From contig CM114271.1 of assembly GCA_050084515.1 (NCBI GenBank), forward strand, positions 3,658,001 to 3,722,000: a DNA stretch of 64,000 nucleotides, written 5' to 3'. Below the pieces are notes generated by a model that was not told where the DNA came from, made no database searches, and was given only the letters and a program-made list of their open reading frames with translations. This DNA comes from Blasia pusilla. Its lineage: Eukaryota. The position numbers were made by a program, and so were the translations under genes. Below are positions 50,326 to 62,550 of the stretch, in pieces; within the stretch, counting starts at the first letter, position 1; the number at the start of each line of letters is the position of its first letter.

Positions 50326-51388
50326 AGAAGGAGAGGTGGTCTCTCACTTGGAGACCCTTGAAACCTCGCATCACTCCGAGTAAACCCTCTAGAGCTACTC
50401 TGAGGTCCACTACCTCGCCTCTCAAAATCCTAAAAGGACGTCGTGATGGCCCTCGTGCCCCTCTCACATGATCACTCTCAACCTCGTGAGTAATCTCTCA
50501 ATCACTCATCCCAAACATCGGCACTCGATCTACACTCTCCCTCCACGAGACGTGTAACAAGCGGCAACAAGCCGCGTGGTGCGGAAAATCGATCAGGCTA
50601 TCATCTCATAGACAACCTACCCTCAACTCTGGGCATCCCACACAGGTCTATGTCCCCTAAACCACATACATAAATAATGCTCTCAGCATCCACACAACCC
50701 AATATCCCCAAATAAACTACCCAAATCCTAGAATCCCTCACGCGTGCAGGGTAAAGGACCAGAATGGATAACCTGAATACACGTCGATGTCACTCCTCAG
50801 CAACAGCAAATCTCGACCCTAACTCGGTCATGGAGACAACTCCTCCAATCAGCAAGTCATACTCCTCCCGTACTGACGTTGCTCAAAACTCCTTGATAGA
50901 CAGTGCGACTCCAACGGAACGATGCGACGTTGCAGGCGGCACGGAAAGGCTACGAACCGCACGGCCGTCGATGGTGGGATGCGCCACTCGGCGGCATACC
51001 CTCCTCAATCAACAATAAACCCACACTCTCCTCCACAATGACGGTGCGGTGCGGCCATAAGCGGCAATCGGCGGCGCGTTGCGGCTACGAGCGTCACAAC
51101 ACAGTACTCGATCGTCGTCAAACGACTACCAATCACAACATAGCATCATGAAATCAAAACTCAAACACCATAATTGAAGGTCATCTGCCATCACTGGTTG
51201 ATGACAAAACTGTGATGACGGTGGCGGCCAAAACAAAGTATGTGGTGGCGACGCAAGTCAGAGAATCATCGAACATCGTGGAAGATCCTCCACTCCGTAA
51301 CGGCGGCAATGCCAACCAAAGGGTGGACAACGGAAGGTGGATCGTTGACGGTGACGGTTGACTGTTGATGGTGACGTTGACGGTTGAA

Positions 51389-51515
51389 TTGGAGATATTT
51401 TGGTACTTCTTGTCTCGTTGTTTGGATGCCATGAAATAGCATGGGATCGTGCATGTTTGTGTGTGTGTTTGGTAACAGCAATGTATGTTGTGTAGCGATG
51501 TGTACGCGCACGATA
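51389..51515 (-). repeat. Terminal inverted repeat (5' end of copy 2)
   Basis: Reverse complement of 42578-42704; ORF track shows MASKQ.DKKYQNISN on opposite strands at the two ends. Confidence 0.92.
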
Positions 51516-51713
51516 TGGTTAATCACAATTAGTCTAACTCAATACTATCATTAGGGTTAGGGTTAGGCTATGTCCCATAGGCTATGTCCTATGGGACATA
51601 GCCTATGGGACCAACCTCCACTCATTCTCTCATTGCAAGTTTTGTTCTCCATGGTAATGTGTGAGTGTGAGAGTCGTTTCCCACCAGTTATGCTTCTTTA
51701 GCAATTTCCCACA

Positions 51714-51725
51714 TGATATTAGAGC
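51714..51725 (+). other. Degenerate tRNA-iMet primer-binding site of copia B
   Basis: TGATATTAGAGC vs canonical TGGTATCAGAGC, directly after LTR-terminal CA. Confidence 0.8.
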
Positions 51726-52244
51726 GATAGGAGAACATTACTTGAAATTCTTGGTGTTTGAGGGGATAAGAGAGGCAACAGAAGGCAAAATTTTAGTTTG
51801 GGAGAAGGAAATGTTATTCAGAGCTCATTGGGTGCAGATTTCAAGTGGAGCTTTGACGGTGATAAAACTTTGGAGGCATTTTTTAGGGCTTTCCCAGTCC
51901 ATTTAGCCATCTGGGTCCGTAACAACTAGAACGATGCCAAAGGCTTATTCTAGCCACTACAAATGAATGGTTCCAAAAGCTCATTGAGAGCTTTCCAACG
52001 CACCCAAAATCGCTTGATTATGAGATTCTGAGCTCCTGCAGTAGCAATTTCAGTGTAGGAAAGTGCAATTAGTGAAGAAAAGTTGTGGAGTTTGCTCTCT
52101 ACAGGCCAATTTCGACTAGTTCTTTCATACAGTTGATCAATTTTGGAAAATTTCAAGTCAATTTCTATGTAGGAATGGTCTATGCTTCAATTGGAGTAGT
52201 AGAGAGCCTGAAATTATATTTTTTTGTGAGTGAAATCGTTCGTC

Positions 52245-55200
52245 ATGGAGCATTCCTCAACTGATATGATACATGAGAAGCTAGATAAACAGAATTACAA
52301 TGTTTGGAAGTTTCGCATGAAAAACTTTCTCGTGGGTCAAGAACTATGGGAGCTTGTCATAGGTGATGAGGCCAAGCTTGAAGGTGACTCAACAGACTTG
52401 AATGTTCGCGCCTGGAACAAACGCGCAAGGCAAGTAATCCACTGTATTTCAATAACGATCAGTTTGCCAATGATAGGTCACATTCAAGATTTTGATATTC
52501 CGAAGGAGGCCTGGGATGCATTGGAAAAGTTGTTCCATACATCTATCAAGGCCAAAAAGCTTCAATTGAAACAGGAATTGAACGAAATGAGGAAATGATC
52601 GTAGAGCATCAATGATTATATTTTGAGTATCAGACATATTGTTGATCACTTGAATAGCTTTGGAGTGACAGTAGAAGATGATGATATGAGTTTGTTCACT
52701 CTTCAAGGCCTTCCAAAGGATTATAAGTCCTTTGAGATATCTATCTCTGTGAGAGAAGTATCCAACCTTTCAAGAGTTAGTCTCACTGTTAATCAATGAA
52801 GAGATGCGCCTAGTAGGCAACGGTAATTGCTCTAGTCTGCAAGAGATTGCGCTATTTGCATGTTATGGATCAAACAGAGGCAGGGGTCGTGGCACAAGCT
52901 TCCGTGGTCGAAGTGGATATCAAGCATATGTAGGAAGAGGCACTCAATATAATTTCACTCAATCAACTATGAACCAATACCAGACACAATCACAAGGTGG
53001 TGATAGTGGAAACCGTTGGGATCGAGGTCAGCAGTAGAGGGTCCATGGATCTTGCAATTACTGTGGGATAAAGGGTCACTATGCAAATTTTTGCTTCAAG
53101 AAGAAGGCAGATATCTCTGTAGGACAGATAATAGAACAGGGTTATCAAGTGAAATTTAACGCAGATGGTTGTTGCATTGAAACAATGGATGACCAGACTA
53201 CGATAGCCAAAGGAACTAGATTTGGCAGAATGTTCAAATTAGATATTTTCTATGCGAGATATTCAAACAACAATGTATGGTCAAATCGGCCAACAAGTCA
53301 CAGATCTAAATATGTGGCATATAAGAATTGGACATATAAATCTTCAAAAATTATAGATTCTTTCATCATCTAATATAGTAATAGGACTCCCTAAATTAGC
53401 GAGTCCTGCTACGTTAGAGGTATGTCCTCCTTGCCAATTTGGAAAACAAGCTAGATTTCTTTTTCCAAAGCAAGATAGAAGAGCATCCAGAATATTGGAG
53501 TTGATCCACAATGATTTGTGGACAACATCATAACATAGCCTTATTGGTTGTCAGTACTTTGTTTCATTTATTGATGACTTCTATAGGTATATATGGGTAT
53601 ACTTTCTGAAAGCCAAGTCAGAGGTGTTCTCAGTGTTCCAAACATTCAGAGTTCTAGTAGAAAACCAGACTGGACAACACATTCTAAAATTACGTTGTGA
53701 TGGAGGAGGAGGGTATCTTTCAACAGAGTTTGATGACTATTTATATGAGCATGGCATCCAACGTCAAGTGACTTGCCGTTATACTCCACAACAAAATGGA
53801 GTGGCCAAGAGGAAGAATCGACATATTGCTGAAGCGGCACGAGCTATGCTGAATGAGAAGAACATGCCTAAGGTCTATTGGGTAGAGGTTGTAGCATGTG
53901 CAGTCTTCTTAATCAACCGAACTCCAACAACATGAGTTCATAATGAAACTCCATTCGAAGTCTTCACAAGAAGTAAACCTGATTAGACCCCAAGTCTGAA
54001 AGATGTATCTTCATTGGCTATGCTGATGGAATTAAGGGATATAAGTGCTACATTCCATCCTCTAGGCAGCTTATTATTAGTCAGGATGTTATCTTTGATG
54101 AGCTAAAGTCATGGTATCCTTCATCTGAGCATCTTCCACCTCTAAACTCGTCTGTTGAGGGGGGAGAATAGGATTGCAAACCAACAGACATTGTCTTCAA
54201 CTTCCCCAAGTACTAGTCCAGGATTAGGAGAGGTCCTAGATTCATCAGTTAAATCTGTGATTCCATGGATGGGAAGAGTACGTATTCAATCTTTTGACAC
54301 TAGTTAGAGGTCGAGTCAGGTGTCAGAGGCATCTACCTCTGAACAACAACTTCGTAGATCAAATAGAGTTACACATCTAGTTCATTTTAGGGTATGTGAT
54401 TCTGACTCCTCGTTATATGTCTTGAGAGAACAAGATCATACGGTTTTCATTATGTTGTATGTTGACGATCTCCTTATTATTGGGAATAGTGAAGAAATGG
54501 TATAATAAGTCAAGCTTAAGTTACAAGAAGAATTTGATATGAAGGACTTGGGAGAACTCAAGTACTTCCTTGGTATTGAGTTTATTAAGATAGGAGAGAG
54601 CATGTGGTTACTACAACGATAATATGCTTTTCATATGCTTTCAAAATATTGTATGACGGCTTGTAGTCAATCTCTATACCGTTGGATCAGAGTGTGAAGC
54701 TAAGAGTGGATGAAGGAGAGTTGCTTGCAGATTCTAATATGTACATGCGTATGGTTGAAAGTTTGATGGATCTAAGTATAACCAGACCAGATTTGAGCTA
54801 TGTTGTTGGCCTAGTGAGCCAATTTATGTAAGCAACTCGAAAACCTCACCTTGATGTTGTGAGGAGGATTATGCGGTATGTGAAATTCTCTATTCAATTC
54901 GGGCTTCAATTTGACCCTTCTCCTAGTTTTCAACTACAAGGATTCACAGATGTTGATTGGGCAGGAAGCGTGTCTGATCGACACTCCACATCTGGTTATA
55001 CATTTACTTTGGGAAGCGTAGTTATAAGTTGGGCTTCAAATAAGCAACCTACAATTGCTTCATCTTCAATAGAGGCTGAGTACAGAGGAGCAACCAATGT
55101 AGCATGTGAGGCGGTGTGGCTTTATCGATTACTTGTTGAGATTGATGTTAGTAACTTAGGACCTAGTGTAATATATGCAGAAAATATTAGTAGCATCAAG

Positions 55201-55399
55201 CTAGCTAATAACCCTGTGTTTCATGCTCGTACAAAGCATGTTAAGATGCACTATCATTTTATCAGAGAGAAAGTGCTTGCAGGAGAAATTGATCTTGTGT
55301 ATATAGGTACAGATCAGCAAATTGCTGACATCTTTACAAAGACATTGTCTATAGATAAGTTTGAGATGTTTAGAAATGATTTAGCGTTAGAGATATCGA
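52245..55399 (+). pseudogene. Copia B gag-pol remnant (protease and most of RT deleted)
   Basis: KLDKQNYNVWKFRMK gag start, CNYCGIKGHYANFC knuckle, LRCDGGGGY...TPQQNGVA integrase, RT 3' end, FTDVDWAG...IADIFTK RNase H. Confidence 0.9.
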
Positions 55400-55596
55400 C
55401 TAGGGTTAGTTAATCACAGTTAGTCTAACTCGAGACTATGGTTAAGGTTAGGGTTAGGGTTGCTTGTACATACCCTATATAATTGAGAAGGGGACCAGCC
55501 TCCACTCATTCTCTCATTGCAAATTTTGTTCTCCATTGTGGTGTGTGAGTATGAGAGCCGTTTCCGACCAATTATGCTTCTTTAGAAATTTTCACA
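55400..55596 (+). repeat. 3' LTR of copia B, lacking PPT and first ~110 bp
   Basis: Comparison with 2061-2403. Confidence 0.85.
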
Positions 55597-55693
55597 TACG
55601 GATCAAAGGTACCAATTAGAATCTCCAACCATCCTACACACAAAGTCTTACAAAAATAGAATGTATAAAGTAGGATGGAGGTTATGTGATTAA

Positions 55694-55939
55694 TATTATG
55701 AACATACACATAGCCATAAAACATACATTGCATCAACCACACAAAATATTGCACCCATTCATTCATCCTAAAAATATAAATGTGGAGGCCAGTAGTTACC
55801 AAAATATCTCCATAAATAAAATGTAAAATAGACGTAGTTCTCACAAATACCTCCATAAATGCAAAACTCTCTCTCTCTTTCTTTCTCTTTCTTTCTTTCT
55901 TTCTTTCTTTCTTTTTCTCTCTTTCTTTCTTTCTTTCTT

Positions 55940-55996
<57 letters not shown>

Positions 55997-56350
55997 CAAC
56001 AAGGAGCACTTTAGCTCCACCGCCTCATAGAAAAGAGGTTCAACAACAAAACAATGAGCTCCCAAACTCTCTCCCAAAATCCTTTCCTTGGTCACATCCA
56101 CAAAGAAGTTATCTCCTTGATCCCAAACCTGATTTAGTGGATCAAAGGTCATATTCTATAAATATAAAGTTAAATATTTAACAATAGGGAGCTTATCCGA
56201 AGTTGTAAGTTCTTCAAATAGGCTCCAAATAACCCCAAACAAAGGGGACAACTCCTCTTTCGGATTATCCTACTCCTCAACAAATCATTTATGACCTATT
56301 GGATTTGACTTCTTGTCTCCCTTAGAGTATTGCACGAATACTCTACGTTC
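55694..56350 (+). repeat. Old, CpG-depleted third copy of the ~640-bp unit, with an expanded CT/CTTT microsatellite (55867-55993)
   Basis: Colinear blocks CATACACAT, ACCAAAATATCTCCA, TAGTTCTCACA, AAGAGGTTCAACAA, AATGAGCTC, GTAAGTT, AAACAAAGGGGA. Confidence 0.6.
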
Positions 56351-56364
56351 CACCATAAAAGATA

Positions 56365-56545
56365 CTAGCCAGTATCCGTGTTGTGCAAGGATGAATGAAA
56401 ATTAGCTTGAGAAGATAAAGGGCTCAAATTTCAAAAGAGGCTAGTGGGGAGAACAACACCTTTCAATCAATTAGAGGCCAAAACAGACAAGTGTCCTCAA
56501 GAGGGAAGGCACCCCTATAAAGGCACTCTCCCATAATATAAAAGA
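56365..56545 (-). mobile_element. Small non-autonomous Helitron-like element (family 1), degenerate
   Basis: On minus strand: A|TCTTTTATATTATGGGAGAGTGCCTT ... GCACAACACGGA ... CTAG|T. Confidence 0.55.
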
Positions 56546-58058
56546 TTATATTGATCCTTAAAGAGAAGTATATTACAATGAGTCTGCAATTGACAAGATT
56601 TTGTTGTGAATACATATTCCATATCTCATACCTTTATTTTCAATAAGATAGTAACTATTATTTTGATTTTAATATGTATTTGGTAGTATCAATCTTGATC
56701 TAACTGGAGATGCAACAGGGGATTCTTATAAGAGGTTGGGTTCAGAGGAATAGAAGAATTCATAGATGAATAATCACACTTTGTTACACCAAAGGGGATT
56801 ATCTTTTGCTTGCAGCTAAATTTTGAGTCTAATTATCAACTCTGCGACTATCTTGTGCTTGCAGTCATGCGACTTATTTGCAAATTATAATTAAGTCTCG
56901 ATTCTTTTGCAAGTCTCAACATTTGCAAGCTAGTTGAAAATCATACCACTTGCAAGACAACCGCATATTACATTGCAAACTAAGTTGCGATGGAGTTCCA
57001 AAGTGCGATTCTAGAAACTCAAAAAATTCGAATATCGAGACTTGCAACTAAGCCATAACTTGCGACTATTTTTCGAGAGTCAAAACTCACAAATTATGAC
57101 TACGTTATAAGTCTTGTGGGTTGTAAATCAAAATTTATGAGTTATGACACAAAATTATTGGCCATAAATTCCCCTTTTGCCTTCAATTTTCTCCATTTCC
57201 ACTTTTCCTCCAAGCTTTCCAAGGCTCCTCTCATCACTTTGCAACCCCTTTCTTTCTATAGTAGAGCTAACTCTTAATTATTTTCGGGTGGGAGTTTTCT
57301 TTTATATTGAGAGACATATTGATGATTAAATTTTATTGTCTTCCATGTTTTGTTCTAAAATTCAAGTGAACAAAGAAAAAAATCCATCCTAACAAAATTG
57401 GAAGGAGCCAAATCCCTCTTAAACATGTCTTTCATAAACCCGAATATGAGTCTAAATGGAGCAAAAAAGATCAAAAAACAACTAGTTTGCAAGTGTTGAA
57501 AACCATTACTTTGCGATTGTGTTGCAATTATGTTTTTGCAACTTATTTACGACTAGGCAGACTTATAAGCTCTTTGCGATCCAAGTGTGAGTATCGGGCG
57601 GTTGTGTTCTGGCTAATTTTAAGTCATTGCAATTGTATTTCAAGTATTATAAAATGACACTTCAAATTAAAGTCATGATGTAATTGCAAAGTGTTGCTCG
57701 AAATCATAAGCGTGCGACTATGTTATGGCTATCACACTCGCAAATTTAAAATTTCCTTGCATCTATATATGTAGCCATTATGTTGCGATTGTTTTTCTCT
57801 CACACCCGCAAAATTTCTCACAAGGTAGAAGTGTTAGACAAAGAGAAACTTGCGTAGATGGATTCATTTATTGCCACAAAAGATCGTTTCTCAAAGTCTT
57901 GAGGTTGTGTGTAGATCTCAATTTCCTTGTGGACGATTCTAGCTTGTTAGAGAAAGAGACGAGTTCTTAAGTAAATATGCCTCCACTTCCTTAAACTTAT
58001 GGGCCATACAATGGTGAGGTTATATTGATATACCAAACCAATAAACAACAGCACGCAA

Positions 58059-58300
58059 TCTATATTATTATTGGAGAGTGCCTTCTTGATTTGCAAACAC
58101 CTTCTTGATTTGCAAATTGTTTGACATGCGGCAACTAGGCAGCAAGAATTTTTCACACGCTACGGGTAGCAGATTTTTCTTTAAAATTTATGTGTAATAT
58201 CATTAGTCCTTTCACTCACGTCCCCTCCTTTTCACGTGCCGCACGAAGGACTTCTCAAATACTTTTTTATTTCCCGTGCCTCGTACGGGCACCTTACTAG
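58059..58300 (+). mobile_element. Small non-autonomous Helitron-like element (family 1)
   Basis: A|TC start; CCCGTGCCTCGTACGGG hairpin; CTAG|T end; no TSD. Confidence 0.75.
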
Positions 58301-59037
58301 TCATACTATTCAAGGCGTTAGCCCTTGCTTAGATAGTCCCAATGAAAGGCATGTGTGAAGCCTTTCAATTTTTATATAATTTTGCCCATACTAAGCCAAA
58401 ACTTGAATAGAAAATAGGTTTTAATAATTATATCAATTTTTGTTTCAAATAAAATTTAAAAACTAGAATTTCTGTGAACGGATTGTGAGTCTTTTTCATG
58501 ATAAATTTATTTTTTCATTTTAAAATTCTAAAATCTAAATTAAATATTAAGGAAAAACTAAAATTTTTAATTTCAAGTTAATTTTAGAAGGGAAATTGCA
58601 TATTAATTTAGAAAATTAAAAAGAATGATAATAGTAGAATAGTGGAAATTTCCTTATTCTTCAAAAAAGATGAAAAATATTTTAATTAATTTTTTATTTT
58701 CAAGCTTTAAATTGTGAGGGATTTCAAAAAAAAAATTGAGACAAACTTTGGTTCAAAATGAGTGATTTTTTTTCACTAATTGAGAGATAGGAGCTGGAAA
58801 AATAAGGATAATTGCTTTCTTTCTAAATTAATAAGGGAAAAGATAAGCATTCCTTACAAATCAAAATTAGAGTCTCATGATTATTCGTATATTTAAGAGA
58901 AAAATTATCTTTGCTATTTATTTTTCAACTTCATAATTTCAACATGTGTATGATGTAATGGTTTAACTTTCCATTTGTGAGGTATTTTCATTTCCATCAA
59001 TCGGGCTGAGTGCATCGCACGGACAAAACATTACTAG
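58301..59037 (+). mobile_element. AT-rich non-autonomous Helitron-like element (family 2)
   Basis: Starts TCATACTATT, ends GTGCATCGCAC hairpin then CTAG|T; homologous copy starts at 63720. Confidence 0.6.
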
Positions 59038-60833
59038 TTGGTTTGAATCATTTTGAATATCATGTTGAGACCTTAGAAATGACTCTCTACTAGATATCAC
59101 TCATCCCTTCTAATCCAAAAGTCCTAAAACGATTATGTGTGGCCTTCATATTTGTATGCTCCTTTGATTTCAGAGCTAGAGAAGTTACCAAAATGGAATT
59201 AAAATAAAAAGCCCTAATTCTTGAAGTTAAATCCTATTTCAAGTTTTGGAATCTGATGGAGTAATCTAAACCATCCACATAGTTTTAAGAAGTCTTTTAG
59301 TCCCATAGAAGAAATAATGCTTTCCAACATGTAAGATATGAGATTTCTCAAAGAGATTACATTGAAGAGTCGTGCGCCAAAAGAACAAGTTGCATAATAA
59401 GCATTGATCATCCTTCAATCATGAAACTTTGTCATGGTATCAATGGCCATAGGAAAGGAAGTACAAACTCCTCCAAGCCTGTTGGCTATTGCATGTATTG
59501 GCATGGAATTCAAAATGATACTTGGAAATTTTTGTGTCATTTTCTTTGCAATAGAGAAAATATATATTGAACCGAGTTGTTCCTATTAGTTGATATATTT
59601 TTTCTCCCCTCGGTCAAATTTTTAGGCACATCCAATGAGTAGATATAACTTATAAGCATAATTGAAAGAAAATAATACACCTTGAAGTGAAGTGGAATCA
59701 TCTTATGGATCTTTTGGTTATTGTAAAACAATGTCTTTTAGTTATAAAATCATCTCTTATCATGCAAAATCCTCAAACATTTGGAGGACATATAAGACCA
59801 AAAAATGATTATGTTGAGTTTTTTTTTTAAAAGCCATCTAAGGGTGCAAAGATTGAATTACTCAAAGAGATAACGGAAGTGTTGGGCGATGGGAGGAGAG
59901 GCTAAAACATCAATCGTGATTATCTTATAATCCTCAAAATTTATCATGCCATATGCCACTATGGGGAGAGGACTCGAGAGGTTGTATGAATTCTTTCAAA
60001 ACCATTTTATTTATTGACATGAAATTAGGAATTTGGAATTCCATTTTTATTTCATGATAGTTTCCGATTATCAAGATCAAATGTTTCAACAACTTGAAAA
60101 CATTTGTTTCTCCATTGTCCCAAATTTTAAGGCTCATCTCATGTTTAGAGCTTACGTACAACCCGTTTGTTTTCCAGGTATTGTTCAAGAAAAGCCAAGA
60201 TCTTCTTGGCCAATCTCTTGTCTTAAGTAGTGATAGTTTACATGACAAAGAGTTTAATTGCGTAGTAATAACTAGGATATAGACACGTGTGGGAGAGGAG
60301 TTGACATGGCATAAACTAGGATGGTGTCCCATAACCCAAGGGAACAAGTTGGCATAGACACTTGATGAAGCAAGTTAAAATATGGGGGCCATGCTTAAAA
60401 GTTTTAGATTCTTGATGAAATTAATTTGAATATCTATTAGCTCATCACTATGAGAAGCTTACAAGAACATTTCTAGAAGAAAGATTTTTATTTCCAAGTT
60501 CACATGAAGTGAAGCACTTAACCAATGTCATGATCGCACCAAAAATGATATACAATTTGAAAGAAAATATTTTGTAGAGAGAAATATCCATAGGTATGGG
60601 GCTTTCGTATCAGGCACTCCAAAGAACTCAAAGGAATCTTTGCAATCATAATTTGATTATGATATGCAAATATTGAGACAAGAATATGTTAGAGTGACAA
60701 GGATGATTGTAAAGTCCAACTCACTTCGGGAGGGGCTACTCGCTATTCAATCTATTAATATGGAAACATAGGAATATTTTATCATATAACTCGAGTGCTT
60801 ACATGTTGATTGTGGGTAACTCATCCAAAATAA

Positions 60834-61034
60834 TCTATATTATTATTGGAGAGTACCTTCTTGATTTGCAAACACGTCTTTGTTTGATATGTAGCAACCG
60901 GGCAGCAAGAATTTTTTTTATTATGGGGCAGAAAATAAATATTAATCCCTTTGAGGCAACAACAACAAGAAGAAGATTTTGTGTGTAACTAATTAGTCCC
61001 TCCACTCATGTGCATAGCACGAGCTACCCACTAG
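60834..61034 (+). mobile_element. Small non-autonomous Helitron-like element (family 1)
   Basis: A|TCTATATTATTATTGGAGAG start; GTGCATAGCAC hairpin; CTAG|T end. Confidence 0.7.
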
Positions 61035-62550
61035 TTTCTTTCATATTTGAGTTTGCAATAAAAGTGACATTCTTATCATCATATAGTGGCCTTTATTCTA
61101 AAAAATGATTCTTTCTAGCTTTGATTTTTTTTGTCATATGTGTAAAATCAATTTTATCATTAAAAAACTCTTTTTTTCATGAAGATAAATTATTTGCTTG
61201 TGATTTATTTAATTTTCCCAATTTGAGCGAGAATTTGAGTAAAACCAAATACTCAATAGATGTTTCTAATGAAAAAATATATATTTTTATAGATGATACC
61301 CAATATCAAACAAAATTTTTTTTATGAAAGAATAAATGTTTCTTCTTATGTTGTTGTCAACTTGTTTGGCCCCTTGATAGAAAATTTCCAACTTATTGTT
61401 CTCCAATTATTTTTACATGGAATGGAAAAAAAAGTCCATATATCTATGCTATTTTCAGTTATACCCATCTCACGTTTCAAACATCCAAGACATCGACACT
61501 TCTCATTTTTTAGCAATACAAGTTTGCCACCTATCTCACATGTTTACTTGAGGGTTTGTATATGAAATATGATGATCACTGATTCAAATTTTATCACGAG
61601 GTGATCCATTTGATCATGACCGTCATTGCACGGATAGAGCATCCACTTTTCCGAATGCCAGTGCATTGCATGGGCATCTTAAAAGTATAAGAAGATGGGG
61701 GAACTCATCGGAAGTATAATGAGGGATGCCTTAGCGAGTCGAGGAACATTAAGTGATGGAGAGACTTATATAACATGGTATCCCCCACAATGTCAACCCG
61801 CCACAAAAGCACATTGGTTTTGGCCCACTGCAAAGTGATGGAGACACATTGTCTACAATACAATAGTACAAAGCTAAATACAACTTATTTCTCGAGGGGA
61901 GAAGATGGGCACACTCTATGAGAAAAGCGTCGAACTTCTCATACATAACTCCATAAATCTCAATAGCAAATGGGATGAAGCAATGCCTTTTGAAAAGGCA
62001 TCTCTATAGTTTAGTCTTTTTCTCTAGCACCATAGCTATAGACTTTAGCACCATGGCTATCGCCGCTTCTTATAGCAATTTCCCTTGTTCAACCACATAT
62101 TCCCAAATTGACCCTCATGTGGGATCTCCAATTAACTATGATGTCCACCACCATTATGTTAGCCTCTATTGTCAGGCATTGGATGAGGGAATCCTAGATA
62201 GAATAGTGCCACTCTCTATGCACATGGAATTAGCTCTTGCGAATCATACATAACATGCTATCCCTCACAACCTATTCTACCCCCGTTGTTTTATAAAGGA
62301 ACTTACTTGGCACCCTATCGATTGCAGCAAGTCATATAGTGAACACATACATACAAGAGTGGCTAAGTGTGGATGTATTTTACCGAGATCGCATTTAGAT
62401 TACAGTACATCAATAAAATTGTGGCATACGCCTCAAATTGTGGCCCCTTCCTTGTAGAATGTGGTTCCTCGTAGATTATAGTGGTAGCTTTGTTTTATAT
62501 GTAATTTTTTCTATTACTATGAGTATGCCATAAATTATTATCAGAATATA

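Larger units (their letters stand above)
42578..51515 (-). mobile_element. Ty3/gypsy-type retroelement with C5 DNA methyltransferase and PHD finger, copy 2 (near complete, 8.9 kb, inverted terminal repeats)
   Basis: Domain order Gag-PR-MTase-RT-RH-INT-PHD; interrupts an otherwise continuous copia LTR; 127-bp inverted ends. Confidence 0.93.
42458..55596 (+). mobile_element. Ty1/copia LTR retrotransposon B (same family as A), degenerate, with MTase retroelement inserted in its 5' LTR
   Basis: 5-bp TSD TACGG at 42453-42457 and 55597-55601; split 5' LTR 42458-42577 / 51516-51713; PBS; gag, integrase, RT/RNase H remnants; truncated 3' LTR. Confidence 0.93.

Noticed and set aside
42578-51515. DIRS/tyrosine-recombinase element (inverted ends, no TSD, methyltransferase)
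   Set aside because: No tyrosine recombinase motifs seen; it has a DDE integrase and aspartic protease, and the MTase is C5-cytosine type
55768-56152. RE/RK-rich ORFs
   Set aside because: Translation of the CT/CTTT microsatellite
59200-60760. Possible hAT transposase remnant (weak QIET.RI-like trace near 60670)
   Set aside because: Too degenerate to support by eye; needs a translated search
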